Below, one piece after another: positions 1-11,931 of a DNA stretch of 59,596 nt. The DNA comes from Conidiobolus incongruus B7586. Its lineage: Eukaryota. Numbering within the stretch: position 1 is the stretch's first letter; each line of letters starts with the position of its first letter. The stretch is from contig JNEM01013760.1 in the NCBI GenBank assembly GCA_000697335.1, forward strand, positions 1 to 59,596, given 5' to 3'. The notes beneath the pieces are model-generated. The model was given only the letters and a program-made list of their open reading frames with translations. It did no database searches and was not told where the DNA came from. The translations under genes were made by a program, and so were the position numbers.

Positions 1-1
1 A

Positions 2-930
2 GATATTATACAACTATTATAGTTTAATATTTTTACCTATTATAAAGTTTTATAAACTATTATATTTAATAAAAATATGTGATTTAACTTTTAATTTTAG
101 AAGTTATTATCCTTTTTCTTTAAAATTAATTTAGTTATATTTATTACTAATTATTATTAAATTAATAAACTTATTGAAAAAACTATTAAAATCTTAAAAT
201 AAATAATTAAAACTTATATTAATATTAATTAATTAAATTAAAATACTTATATCTGCTAACTTTAATATTTATTTAATATTTTTATTGACAAATCAATAAG
301 TTTTAACTTTTATTTTATTAATTATAACAAATATCCTAATTTAATAATTGCTTTAAAACTTTAAATTAATTTATCTTAAAATATTATTGAATTTCAATCT
401 AATATCAAATATATTAATTCTTTTATTAAATTTAACTTGGAAAAAAATTAAAGGATTATAAAATAATAATATTAAAAGTTATTTAAAAATCCTCTTAAAT
501 ATAAAACTAATAAGTTTGAATATTTAAAAAAACTTATCTTTAAACTTAACTTATTTAAATCTTGCTTAAAATTAAAAACTTACTATTATATTATAATACC
601 TATAAAATTTAGTTTATTGATTCAAAATTTGAAAATATTACACTAGAATTACCTTTAACTTTGAAGATCAACTTTATCTTTTACATATCTAAAATCAAGC
701 TTTATTTTAAAGATTTTAATATTTTTTTAATTAATTAAAAGTTTTAAAACTAAATCTGATTATTTATTAAAATAAAATAGAAAAATATTATATTGATTAT
801 ATAATTAAATTGAAATTTATTAGGAATAAACTTTATATATATATAAAATAAATAAGTTATCTTATTAAAAAAACTATATAAAAACCTTTATAAAATATTA
901 AGAATATTTTAAATAATTATACCAATTTGT
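2..930 (+). mobile_element. Hypermutated Ty3/gypsy (chromovirus-type) retrotransposon relic: integrase core, GPY/F motif and chromodomain; continues beyond the window start
   Basis: Frame +2 reads YKVL*TIIFNKNM*FNF*F*K...Y*INKLIEKTI...N*NTY. Reverting C>T/G>A changes gives HGVPQTIISDRDVRFNSQFWK...HQTDGLTERTI...NWDTY, an integrase DDE core. After a frameshift comes PYKI...TLELP..LKINFIFYISKIKLY (GPY/F region), and from ~777 EKYYIDYI...YIK*ISYLIKKTI*KPL*NI, which reverts to a chromodomain pattern (KW.GYP.EE.TWEPL.NI). Confidence 0.85.
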
Positions 931-3372
931 AAATAATTTAAAAAGTGTGTTTTTTTTTAAAAAATCTATTAAAAAAATATTAAAAGATTAATTTTTTAAA
1001 TTCTTATATATATATTTCTATATAATTCAATTAACTATAAATTATATAATTATTTTATATTTTTATAACTAAATTAATTATATAAACAGTATTAAATTAT
1101 TTAATAAACTAAGTTTTTTTTTCCTTTCAATTTTTATTATTTTTTATCTTTTACACTATTTTTAAAATTGAGACTACCTTTTATTTATATTATAGTATAT
1201 TGCTACTACCTACTATAAATCTAATATATCTGTGACTTATCTTAGTTCAAAGTTTAATTAAATTTTATTTATATTTGCATACTATAATTATATTATAATA
1301 CTACATTCTATGTTACACTATTTTATATTAAGTTTTCCTTTATATTATATTAGTATTTTACCACTATATTTATAATATTATTTGTTATTAATTTATAATA
1401 CTAATATTTAAAATATTAAAATATATTATAATATTATAATTTAGTTTTATAATCTATAGCTGATATAGTAATATTAATAATATTTATATTAAACTTTTTT
1501 AATTTTAATTTAATTAATTTTTTTTAAAATTTATTATAATTATTTTGATTTTTAATTAAAATACTTTTTTATAATAAATTATTATATAAAATCTAATTCT
1601 TAGTTATAATTCATTTATTAAATATCTTTATAATTTCATAATACTTATTTTTTCAATTAAAATAAAATATAAATATATTATATGATATTATCAATATTTT
1701 ATAATTTATCGCTATATTATATTTTTTATATAAATATCTGATATAATAATATATTAAATAATTTTTTTGAATATAATTAAATATATATTATATTTTTTAA
1801 TATTAAATCTAAGGATAAATATAAATAACATCTATTAAATAATATATAAAGTAAAATCCTATTAATTTTACGAAAGATTATTTACTCAAAAGATTATAAA
1901 ATTCTTTGTTCAAGGTCTATATAGAAAAATAAAATTTAAAGCTATGATTTATTTCAAGTAAATAATGGCAATTTAAATAGTGTTTAATAAAAGACTTTTC
2001 TTTATTCCCTTTTATTAGATATTATAAATTAAAATAATTTGAGCAATGACAAATAGTTTAATAGTTATATAATAAGCTGAATTATTTGAATTAATGATAA
2101 TAATATAAATTGTTGGCAATATTGCCAATTTAAAAATTAAATCTTTTTAAATTTCGATTTAAAATTAATTTTATCAAGTATTTTTTTTATTACAAACTTT
2201 GAAAATTTTAATATAGATTATAAATTAATTATTATATATTATTATATTTGTTATTTTTATTCTTTTATTTATCAAATTTATATATATAATATAATATACC
2301 TATATTTTATTTTTAATAAATTATAAACTAATTTTTAAAATTAAAATGATATTATGAAAATTAAAATTTAAAATCTATATTAATTTTTTCTAAAGCTATA
2401 TATATATATATATATATATTGAAATATTTTTTATTTTATTTTTATTTCTTTGGTTAATAATAGATTTAAAATAAATCAGATAAATTAAATCTTATACTTT
2501 AAATTATTTTGCTTTGAGTTAATTTTATTAGCTTGCAATATAATATTATAAAACCTTTTTGTTATCAATTATAATTTGGAGATTTCTAAGAAGTAAAATA
2601 TAAAATATTATATTTAATATAATACTTTGATTAATATTTTTTATTTAGCTTAAATAAAATTAAAAATTTATAATTTTTAATCTTTTATTTTTTTATTGAA
2701 AATCTTATAAAAAGAAATATTATATTAATAATAAATTTGACTAATCATTATATCACTTATTATTTTTAAAATTAATATAAAAATTAGAGTGAAATATATA
2801 TTATCAATGAAATAATATTTGATATAAATATAGAAAATTTTTTTAAACCATGGATAATCATAAAATATATTTAATTTAAAAATTATATTCTAAAATAATG
2901 CTTTTAATTAAGTTCTTAATTATTAAATTTTGATCAAGAAAAAAATAGGGAAATAATAAATAATAGTGAAAGCAATTATATTATAGTAAGAGATCAGAGG
3001 TATTAAACAAAGTTTTTGGCTATAAATTAAAAACACTGAAATATATCAGTTAATAGACATACTTTTATTAATTTTATTTGCAATGTATGCAATAATTTAA
3101 TATAACTATTCCTCTTAATATTTGTGAAATTTGAAAATATTAATCCCTAAGGTTAATTAATCTAGCAAAAAAATTTTTGTGCTATATCAGCTGATCAATC
3201 CAAAAAATTTAATCCTCAAAAAACAACAAATTCTACTTTTTATAATATGTCCAATAAATTTGTTTTAAACCATCCTAATTAAATAAATGTGTAATTATTT
3301 AGCTTACTTTAATTCGTTTCGATATTTCTAATAATATAGATATAGGATCAATTGAGTGTTCAATAACTTTTA

Positions 3373-3668
3373 TGTAAATAGTCGTCTTCCGGGACGGCAC
3401 CTGTTTGGTGATATAAAAGGGGTAATTTATTGTTTAACCTGGATTATTGGGCTGTACCCTAGGGAGAGGACCGACGTGATAACTTGGTTGTAGTCGGCAT
3501 ATTTATAGTTTGCTTGACGTGTCTTCCCAGCGTACGAACCGTACATCGGATGGAAGGATTGATTGCATTGCTCGGGTGTATTTTGTGGTCACGTTGCAGG
3601 GGGATCTGTGACGGGGTTCTCGAATGAATTGAATTGTTAAGGACGAACGGGTCCTCCGGCCCGTGACA
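3373..3668 (-). mobile_element. Probable solo LTR (296 bp)
   Basis: Sharply bounded GC- and CpG-rich island in AT-rich DNA. On the minus strand it runs TGTCACGG...TATTTACA, with TATAAATA (3507-3500) followed by AATAAA (3431-3426). It shares the TGTCACGG terminus with the TSD-flanked LTR at 35719. No clean TSD (TTTTA vs ATATA). Confidence 0.6.
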
Positions 3669-5301
3669 ATATATAGTTTGATAATTATACAAATTTAAGA
3701 TAAGCATATAGAATATTACTAAAGAATTTCAATATTTTATGTAATATGTAATATATAAGTTAATATTGAATGAATATAAACTCAGTATATGAATTATCAA
3801 TAATTATTTATATGAAAAAGACTAGATATTAATGAGGATGTCATTTTAAAAAATAAATCAAATCTTGGATAAGTAGCATAGTTATTGTTCAAACAAAATT
3901 TTCTGAATTGTCAATATTTCAAACGATATTCTATAAAAGTAAATATTATTTCGCCTGTTTTATAAAAACATTCTTTACTATTCTGATCTATTATATATTG
4001 AAATATTCATTATTATATAATTATTCCATTAGAAAATAATATTGAATATTATATTTGTTTCTCATTCGACAATTGGAACAATTGAGGTCTATTATCATGC
4101 ATTAATTTAAATTTAAATTTCAAAATAATCCCAACCAATTTCATGGATTTTGCTAGTCAAATATTTAATTTGAAAGTAAGCAAATTTGTAAAAATGAAGC
4201 ATGATTTTGATAATTCGCATCAAAATTTTGAATCTAGAAAATGCTAATACTGGCAATATTCACTAAATTAATTAAATTCGGTATTTTTTAGCTTTGATTT
4301 CTGTTTCTCAAAACATGTTATATATCAATTAGTTTGATATTTTTTAAACAAACTATTATAAATAGAATAAGTATATTTGATTAATTTCAATATAATATTG
4401 AAGAATTGATTGTTTTTACTAAATCATGAAATAATTGAATTTAAAAGATTTCAAATTATTTTCAAAGTGAAAGAAACTTGATATAAACTGATTTCAAAAA
4501 TTCTATTTAAAAAAGAAAGCTAAAATCATAAATGAGGATACTTAAATTAGCTTCAATTTTAGTTAGACTAATCCTAAATACTGCAATGATTGCATTGTTA
4601 TATAAATTATTGGTTAATTGAGTTTATGCTCAAAGATGATACTATTTTTGAAATTTTATTGTTGGGATAAATTTGACAAATCATTACTTCAATGAGTTTT
4701 ATTTTAAAATGAAATTTCCTTTCAATTTTTTTCAGATTTGATAGAAAAATGATTGGCTTAAAATTATCATTTGTAATGATACAAATATTCCAAATATGAA
4801 AATATTCAAATATTCAAATATTAAAAAACCAAGTTCATTATCATTTTAAAATCTATAACAAGGGTAAATTTATCATTTGGTAGAATACAAATGTTCATAT
4901 AAAATTAATCAAAAATTGTAGCTTTATTTTATCTCATCTATATTTAAATAACTAAAAAAATCTTAAATAACAAAGTTTATAGATAATTAAATTTCCTAAC
5001 TTGTCAATCACCAATCCAACACAAAAATTTGTTTTAATAATATTCATATAAAATTATTATGAAAAAAAATTCAGTAGTTTAATGCAATATGTCACAGCAT
5101 AAAATTTAATCTTATAATCTCAAAATTTTGCTCGTACAGAAATAAGAATTAGGACTAAATCATATCAACCTAAGCCATATTGAATCGGGAACCGAAATAA
5201 AATTTTAATGACGAATTTAGTAATTGATGCACATTCACTAGTATAAAAGCAATTAACTATCTCTGAATGTCAACAATACTTTTTATTTATTACCTTTTAT
5301 C

Positions 5302-6696
5302 ATGACCAATCTATTTAAAACAGTCTGGAAATACATTCGCAAGGTCAAATTAACTGCATGGATCTTTATCTTTATGATCATAGGTTTGATCATCGGTCTG
5401 ACTGATCCCACTGACTTCAGTCGCACTCAATTGCGCCATATTTCTACGATGTTCATCAGCATGGTCAAGTGTCTTATTGTGCCTCTTATCTTTTCTACAC
5501 TCGTCGTCGGTATTGCTGGACATGGTGATGACATCAAGCGGTTAGGAATGTTGGCACTGAAGAGTATTATTTACTTCGAAGTTGCTACAACGGTTGCTCT
5601 CATCATTGGTATGATTGCTGTTAACGTCATTAAGCCAGGTAAAGGAATTGATTTGTCAGGTATTGTTGTTAGCGATACCATTAAGGAGTCTATGAAGAAC
5701 TCTGATCACATAACATGGCATGATATCATTACCCACGTCGTTCCTGCTAGTTTCTTTAAAGCTTCGTCAGAAAATGAAGTTCTTCAAGTTGTATTCTGTG
5801 CTGTCATGTTTGCTGTTGCTTTGATGTTAGTTGATAGAAAATTCAAGCCTCCTATGCTCACCTTCCTCGAATCTCTTTCGATGATCATGTTCAAAGTTAC
5901 TGAACTTGTTATGAACTTCGCTCCGATCGGTATTATGTGTGCTTTAGCCGCTACTGTTAATGCTGCTGGCTCTGCTGTTTTGATCAACTTAGCTGCTTTG
6001 ATCGGTACTTTATACGTTTCATTGATCATTTATGCAATTTTAGTCTTCGTTCCAGTATTATTAATATGCCGCGTGCCACTATTAAGAGCATGCAAAGTCA
6101 TCGGTCAGCCAGCTTTAATTGCTTTCTCTACTGCTTCTTCCGAAGCTGCTCTTCCTAAGGCTATGGAATTGATTGAAAGATTCGGGGTTCCCAAAGGTAC
6201 TGTTTCATTCGTTATGCCCACAGGTTATTCTTTTAACTTGGATGGTACTACTCTTTACTTGGCTCTTGCCTCCGTTTTCTGTGCTCAAGCTGGTGGAATT
6301 GATATGTCCATCGGAAAACAAATTGTAATGATGTTGACTCTTATGTTAACCAGCAAAGGCGTTGCTGCTGTTCCTCGTGCTTCTTTAGTCATTTTAGCTG
6401 GTACTGTAACTACTTTCAAACTCCCTGCTACAGCCATTGAAGTTATTCTTGGTGTTGATGCTTTAATGGATATGGGACGTACTGCTATTAATTTGACTGG
6501 TAACTGTGTTGCTTGTATCGCTATGTCTGTCTGGGAAGGTAACTTTGATTACGATATTGCCTATGGTCGTAAGGAATGGACTGATACAGCTATTGATGAT
6601 GGCTTTGATGTTGATATTGAAGCTAACTATAATAGAGAAAAGGGAGTTCAAGTCGAGCCCAGTCAGCCTGTTTCCAGTGAAATTCCCCGTCATTAA
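5302..6696 (+). CDS. Dicarboxylate/amino acid:cation symporter (DAACS family), bacterial GltP/DctA-like
   Basis: 464-aa intronless multi-pass membrane ORF with family motifs FSTASSEAALP (HP1), GYSFNLDGT (TM7), SKGVAAVPRASLV (HP2) and DMGRTAINLTGN (TM8). TATAAAA lies at ~5242. Confidence 0.95.
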   Translation: MTNLFKTVWKYIRKVKLTAWIFIFMIIGLIIGLTDPTDFSRTQLRHISTMFISMVKCLIVPLIFSTLVVGIAGHGDDIKRLGMLALKSIIYFEVATTVALIIGMIAVNVIKPGKGIDLSGIVVSDTIKESMKNSDHITWHDIITHVVPASFFKASSENEVLQVVFCAVMFAVALMLVDRKFKPPMLTFLESLSMIMFKVTELVMNFAPIGIMCALAATVNAAGSAVLINLAALIGTLYVSLIIYAILVFVPVLLICRVPLLRACKVIGQPALIAFSTASSEAALPKAMELIERFGVPKGTVSFVMPTGYSFNLDGTTLYLALASVFCAQAGGIDMSIGKQIVMMLTLMLTSKGVAAVPRASLVILAGTVTTFKLPATAIEVILGVDALMDMGRTAINLTGNCVACIAMSVWEGNFDYDIAYGRKEWTDTAIDDGFDVDIEANYNREKGVQVEPSQPVSSEIPRH

Positions 6697-6949
6697 TTCT
6701 AGTTTTTGTATCTATAGTTAATTGATATTATATGAGTATAGTCATATTAAATGCCAAATAATAATCAATATTCCCTAGTAACAACAATTTGGTTTATTAT
6801 AAATTATCATCTATAAATATTCATAATAAAAATAAACTAAAATATTAATTTTGATTCATCATTATTTTATAATTATTTTTATTGATATTGTATAATTTAA
6901 AGCTCTTAAATCTGAAAATGATAACTAATAACCCCTTGAAACATTTCAA

Positions 6950-8850
6950 ATCCTTATTATAATGTATAATATATTTATTCCATATTATGCATGTATTCGA
7001 ATTAATATTTCTACATATTTATGGTTTGATACATATAGCAAGTAAATTCCACAAAATGATTGAAATGATCGATATTTTCAAATAGTCACTTGTTTACACA
7101 AATAATGAGCAATTTTGATATTTACAAAACATCTTTATACTATACACGATATAATGAGTATAGAAATTTTTCAAAGTTATATATAGTTTATAAAAATTAG
7201 ATAAGCCAATCTTGTATTGTCTATTATGTAATCAGCTACCCCAATTGGTACCTCAGCAATTGTTTAGTTATAATATATTAAATAATTTTTTCTTGTTTAC
7301 TTTTATCAAACATTGAACACTGATAATATCAATATAGATTAGAATTTACATTACCCCACAATAACCTTCAAAATTATCCATTACACATTAACAAAATTGC
7401 CAAATTAAAGTGAATAAATCCAAATCTTCTAATATTTGATGGAGTATAATTCACCATTTGAATTTTTTTAAAAATTGAAAATTTAATAAAATTATTTACT
7501 TTTTATTACTGACAGCCCAGAGTACTATTTATACTCAATAAGTATTTTATTATAATTGACAATGTTAAAAATATACTTTTATCAAATTATTAAATTAAAT
7601 GTTTAATATTATAATATTAATTTTATAAAATAAGGTTAAGCTAAATATACTGTTTTTTGATAATAAACTGATGAAAAATTTTTAAAATTAAATTTTTAAT
7701 AATTTCAAATAATAAAATAATAAAATAATTAATAGTCAAGATTATATATTTTAATAATAGTATAATAAGTTTGATATCAAATAATAAAAATTCTAGAATT
7801 AGTTTATTTAAATGACCAATATAAAATTATCATATTTGAGAGAGTAGTTTGATACTGTTAATACTCAAATATAAAATTAGTTTGATAATGATAATATAAC
7901 AGTATTTGGATATAAACTAAGAAATTAAGATTAACCTAATTAAAACATTTTTGTCAAATTATAGGAATATTGATTCAATTATAAAAAGTATATGTCAAAT
8001 ATAATTCTGGATCTAATTAAATATTTCATAATTGGTGTCTATTATAAAATTTTTTACTTGAAATTATATATTAAAAAAATTAATTACTAAAATTGATCCA
8101 ATAGCTTTTGGAATTATTTCAAATAAATTTAAATTGAATGATTCATATTTATAAGTAATTATCAAAATATTGTAAAAGAATGTTTTGTAGATGATTTAAA
8201 CATCATATATTAATTTCTGGTTAATTTGATTAATAATCCGAATAATTGAAATATAAATATTCTTAGTCCAGGTTAATATTACTCATGGATTTGCTTAACA
8301 TTGATTATAATCTAATAAAATTATTGTTTAATGTTTGGAACTTCAAATATAATTATTTAAAACAATTGATTAATCATTCCAATATTATTACTAATCAATA
8401 GTATAATGTGTGAGTACTAAAATTTAACGGTTTAATTGATATAATATTCATTAAAATATTCCTATATATCATTCCCTAACTGATGATACCTTGACTAAAG
8501 CTATCGCTATTGAAAAAATTTCGGTTTTCATTTTAATATTGAATATTTCTTTAATTAAAACTATGGTGTCTACCACTAATATATACTCTAAATATACATC
8601 AAATATCAATATGTTATATATTATATATTTCAACATTTCAATGAGTCATTATATTTTTGTGAAATTTAAGTAATTTATTATTGGACCTTCAAATTTCTTA
8701 TAATATAGCACATTTGATAGGATTACACATATTGAAAAAAAAATCTTGCATTCTATTAATTATATACCTTTGTTTCCTGAATAGAGATTTTATCAGATAC
8801 TCTTCATTACATATATTTGGACAAAACAATTATTAAGTAAGCTGAAAAAT
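6950..8850 (-). pseudogene. Possible heavily eroded family-B DNA polymerase relic
   Basis: Collinear motif-like remnants on the minus strand: NEEYLI (8808-8791), YIINRM (8766-8749), LNF-(1-nt gap)-SLYPN (7929-7904; motif A LDFxSLYP), RRFGFIHFNLAILLMCNG (7430-7377; motif B region) and ICRNINS (7018-6998), which reverts to ICGDTDS by transitions only. Many stops and frameshifts. Confidence 0.4.
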
Positions 8851-10611
8851 ATATTATATTAGCATTGAACTTAATAATATTTATATTCATTTCAATATTT
8901 TAAATTAAAAATTTTGCCAAATATCTTATATAATATTTTATATTCTTAACCATTATAATAAAATTAATTTTTAATACTTTAATTTATATTCAGATCTTAT
9001 AAATATATAACATTGTGAATTTTGGTATTGTTTATTTTTTCAATAATTTGGAGCAGGTTTAATATAATATTGTTTTACTATTAACTTGATATAATGGAAT
9101 TTATAGTAAAATATCAAATATATTAACTTTAATATTATAAAATTCTGTTTTTATTTATAATAAAATCAATATTATTATGAAATTTGAATATTAACAATAT
9201 ATCAAACTTGCAATAAATATATATAGAATTTTAAAATTTATATGAGTTAATATTTTAATTATAAAAATAAAATATCTATTTATATTTCCCAATTTGAATA
9301 TATTGACTTGATATTGATCAATTTGTGATACTAAGTTGGATATTATCTTATTTTGAACAAGATCAAATTATTATATAAAATTGATATTCTTTGATTTAGT
9401 GATAATATATAATACTAATAACGATAATTTAATTTTTTGATTTTATATGTAATTTAAAATTATTCAATCATAAATAATATTATTCTTTTAATTCTTTGTT
9501 TTAATTTATTTGATTAAGTTGAATTCAAAAATGTTATAATATTATAAGTAAATCTTAAATAGAATTTCTGAAATATAAAATTAAATAATATATAAAAAAT
9601 TTGGAAATTATAAATATAATGTTATACTTAGTTGAAATAACTGTAATTGAATATATTTATTATTTTATAGATCCATTTGTTTTATTCTTTTATAATATTA
9701 TAATTATAATATTAAGCTTTTAATTTTAATTATTATATTTTTAATTATAGCTTCTCATATCTATGTTATGAATAATTAAATTAAAAATATGAAAAAAGTA
9801 ATATAATTTTAAATTATTTTAATAATTTAAATAAAAAAATATAATGGCATAATGCTATTAAATTATCATCTTATAAAAAGTATGATTAATATCTAAATAT
9901 TTTCAATACTATAAAATAAATCAATATGAACTTTATATAATTAGAACAAAGATGATGGAAATTGAATAACATAAATAACTCTCATTAATTAAATATTTGA
10001 AAATTGAATTTAATTCAACTTTTAAAAAATTTCAATATTTAAATATATTATGCTAATATTGAAATATAAGAGCAAGTTATAAAATTATTAGCTTATTTAA
10101 TAATTGAACTGAAATATGATTGAATAATTAACTATATTAAATTATATAGGAGTTTTATTATATACTCTAATAGATATAACTATCTCATCTATTCAACCAA
10201 ATGAAAATTCAAAAAATTTGATTTATAAGATAGTTTATATCCATTTATTTTTAAATTGATTTAATCTAATAACCCTACTAAAAATAAGCATATATATTCT
10301 AATATTTTATCATATATATCTTTATTGATATCTTGCATAACCTTTATACTCAATTATTTTATTTTAATATGATTAATAATTATTTTCAATTAAAAATTTT
10401 ATATTGAATAAATACATTATTTATATTGATTTAATTATCATAATTATATTAATATTAATTAATATAATTCAAAATAAATTAATTATAATATTAGTAAATT
10501 AATGAATTTCAACTATTATATTATCAATACTAATTGATTATCATTATTAATTATTATATCAATTAAATTATAAATTTATAAAGATTATATCTATTAGGTT
10601 ATTTAATATAT

Positions 10612-11931
10612 TAGTGTAGAAATTAAATAATGGTATAATTTTAAAATTAAAATTAAATAAATAAATTAATAAATAATATATAAAAATTAATGAATAATAT
10701 AAAATTAATAGCCTTTTTTATTATTAATAACTTTTTTTTATATTTTTAGTAAGCTTCTAATATTTAAAAAATAGTATTTTTTTATTAAAGACTAAAATTT
10801 AATATTTCACAAACTAATTTAATTTGTTTACAGGAATTTTTTTTCCTACAAGTTATTTTTTTAATTGTTTAAAACAATTATAATCATATAGGTTATAATT
10901 AAGTAAATATACTAGATGTGGTAACTCCCTCTAATTTTTTTATATAAAAAATCTTTTATAGCTTTAACTTTATATATTTTATAATTATTATGCAAAATTA
11001 TAGATGTTTTTAATTTATATTAAGAATACTATTTAAATTTTATTTTATTTAAAAAGATAATATATAACCTACTATTAATTGATTTTCCTTGAGGTATTAA
11101 ATAAAAAAACTATATACTATTATAATCTATTACAATAATTAACATTTACTTATATTTAAAATATTTATTTATTAGAATTTATAAAAAAGATTAATTTAGC
11201 TTAACTTAACATTTTGTTTTATTTTTAAGTAAAAGATTATATAAAAAAATTTAAAATTCATTAATTATAAATATTTGCTATAAAAACTATTGTTTTTAGT
11301 TATATCTTAATAAGTTTAGTTTAGCTATAACTACTCTAATTTTCTTTTAAGCTTTTATTAAATTATAAAGTATCTATTTTACATTTTTATTAATTAATTT
11401 AAGTTTAAACTTAAGTAAATATAACATGCTTGTATAATTAATATTAAATTGCTTTAATAATTCTCTAACAGAAATAAAAAGGTATTTCTTAATATATTTT
11501 TTACTTTATTAGTAGGTGAAAAAATAATAATGAAAATCAATCTTTTAAATTTTAGTAAATTTTAAATAATGTCTCTTCTAGCTTTAAAATCACAAATCTA
11601 GTGATATATGGTAGTTTTAGATAAAACACCATCTTTATAAGCTGTTTACAAGTTTTAGATGATTTTAAAGGGTTTATAGTTAAGTTTTAAAGATACAAAA
11701 ATAAAAGCCTTTTGATAATTACAATCTAATTTAAGCATGATTAAATTTAAGTGTAAATTTTAAAATCAAAATATTTTAATAAAAAAATAATTAAAGTTAA
11801 ATATATATATATATATAGTTTGAAAATATTTATTTTCCTATATATTTTATATATATAAAATCTTTCAAAATGTATAATATGTTTGAAAGATCAGAAATTA
11901 AAAAATTTGCCATTTCTTAATTTCCATACTA
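10612..11931 (-). mobile_element. Full-length (~1.32 kb) hypermutated mariner (Tc1/mariner) DNA transposon
   Basis: TIRs at 10612-10635 (TAGTGTAGAAATTAAATAATGGTA) and 11931-11908 (TAGTATGGAAATTAAGAAATGGCA) are 19/24 identical, with 4 of 5 differences being transitions. TA dinucleotides occur at both ends. The element encloses a decayed transposase. Confidence 0.9.
10705..11738 (-). pseudogene. Mariner transposase pseudogene (~344 codons)
   Basis: From ATG 11738: AYKDGVLSKTTIYH*ICDFKARRD..NLLKFKRL (HTH; reverts to ...YRWIRDFKAGRD..DLPRSGRP), K*ILYNL (WIPHNL, the WVPHEL motif), INEF*I (DESWI), ILHNN (LHDN), LPHLVYLLNYNLYDY (LPHPAYSPDYNPCDY) and a C-terminal SLLKI*KKVINNKKGY*. Confidence 0.92.

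Noticed and set aside
2113..2128. Perfect 16-bp palindrome TTGGCAATATTGCCAA
   Set aside because: Isolated, with no Helitron CTRR end or nearby gene, so it cannot be interpreted.
930..3300. AT-rich stretch that could hold the gypsy 3' LTR and another eroded ORF near 1805-2140
   Set aside because: I could not fix a PPT, LTR ends or any protein motif even after reverting transitions.
3459..3707. 82-aa minus-strand ORF
   Set aside because: It overlaps the GC-rich LTR-like island, has no recognisable motif, and is probably open only because GC-rich DNA has fewer stops.
8491..8673. 60-aa ORF, and the similar 63-aa ORF at 29114-29305
   Set aside because: Ile/Asn/Tyr/Lys-rich composition with non-ATG starts, typical of chance ORFs in AT-rich DNA.
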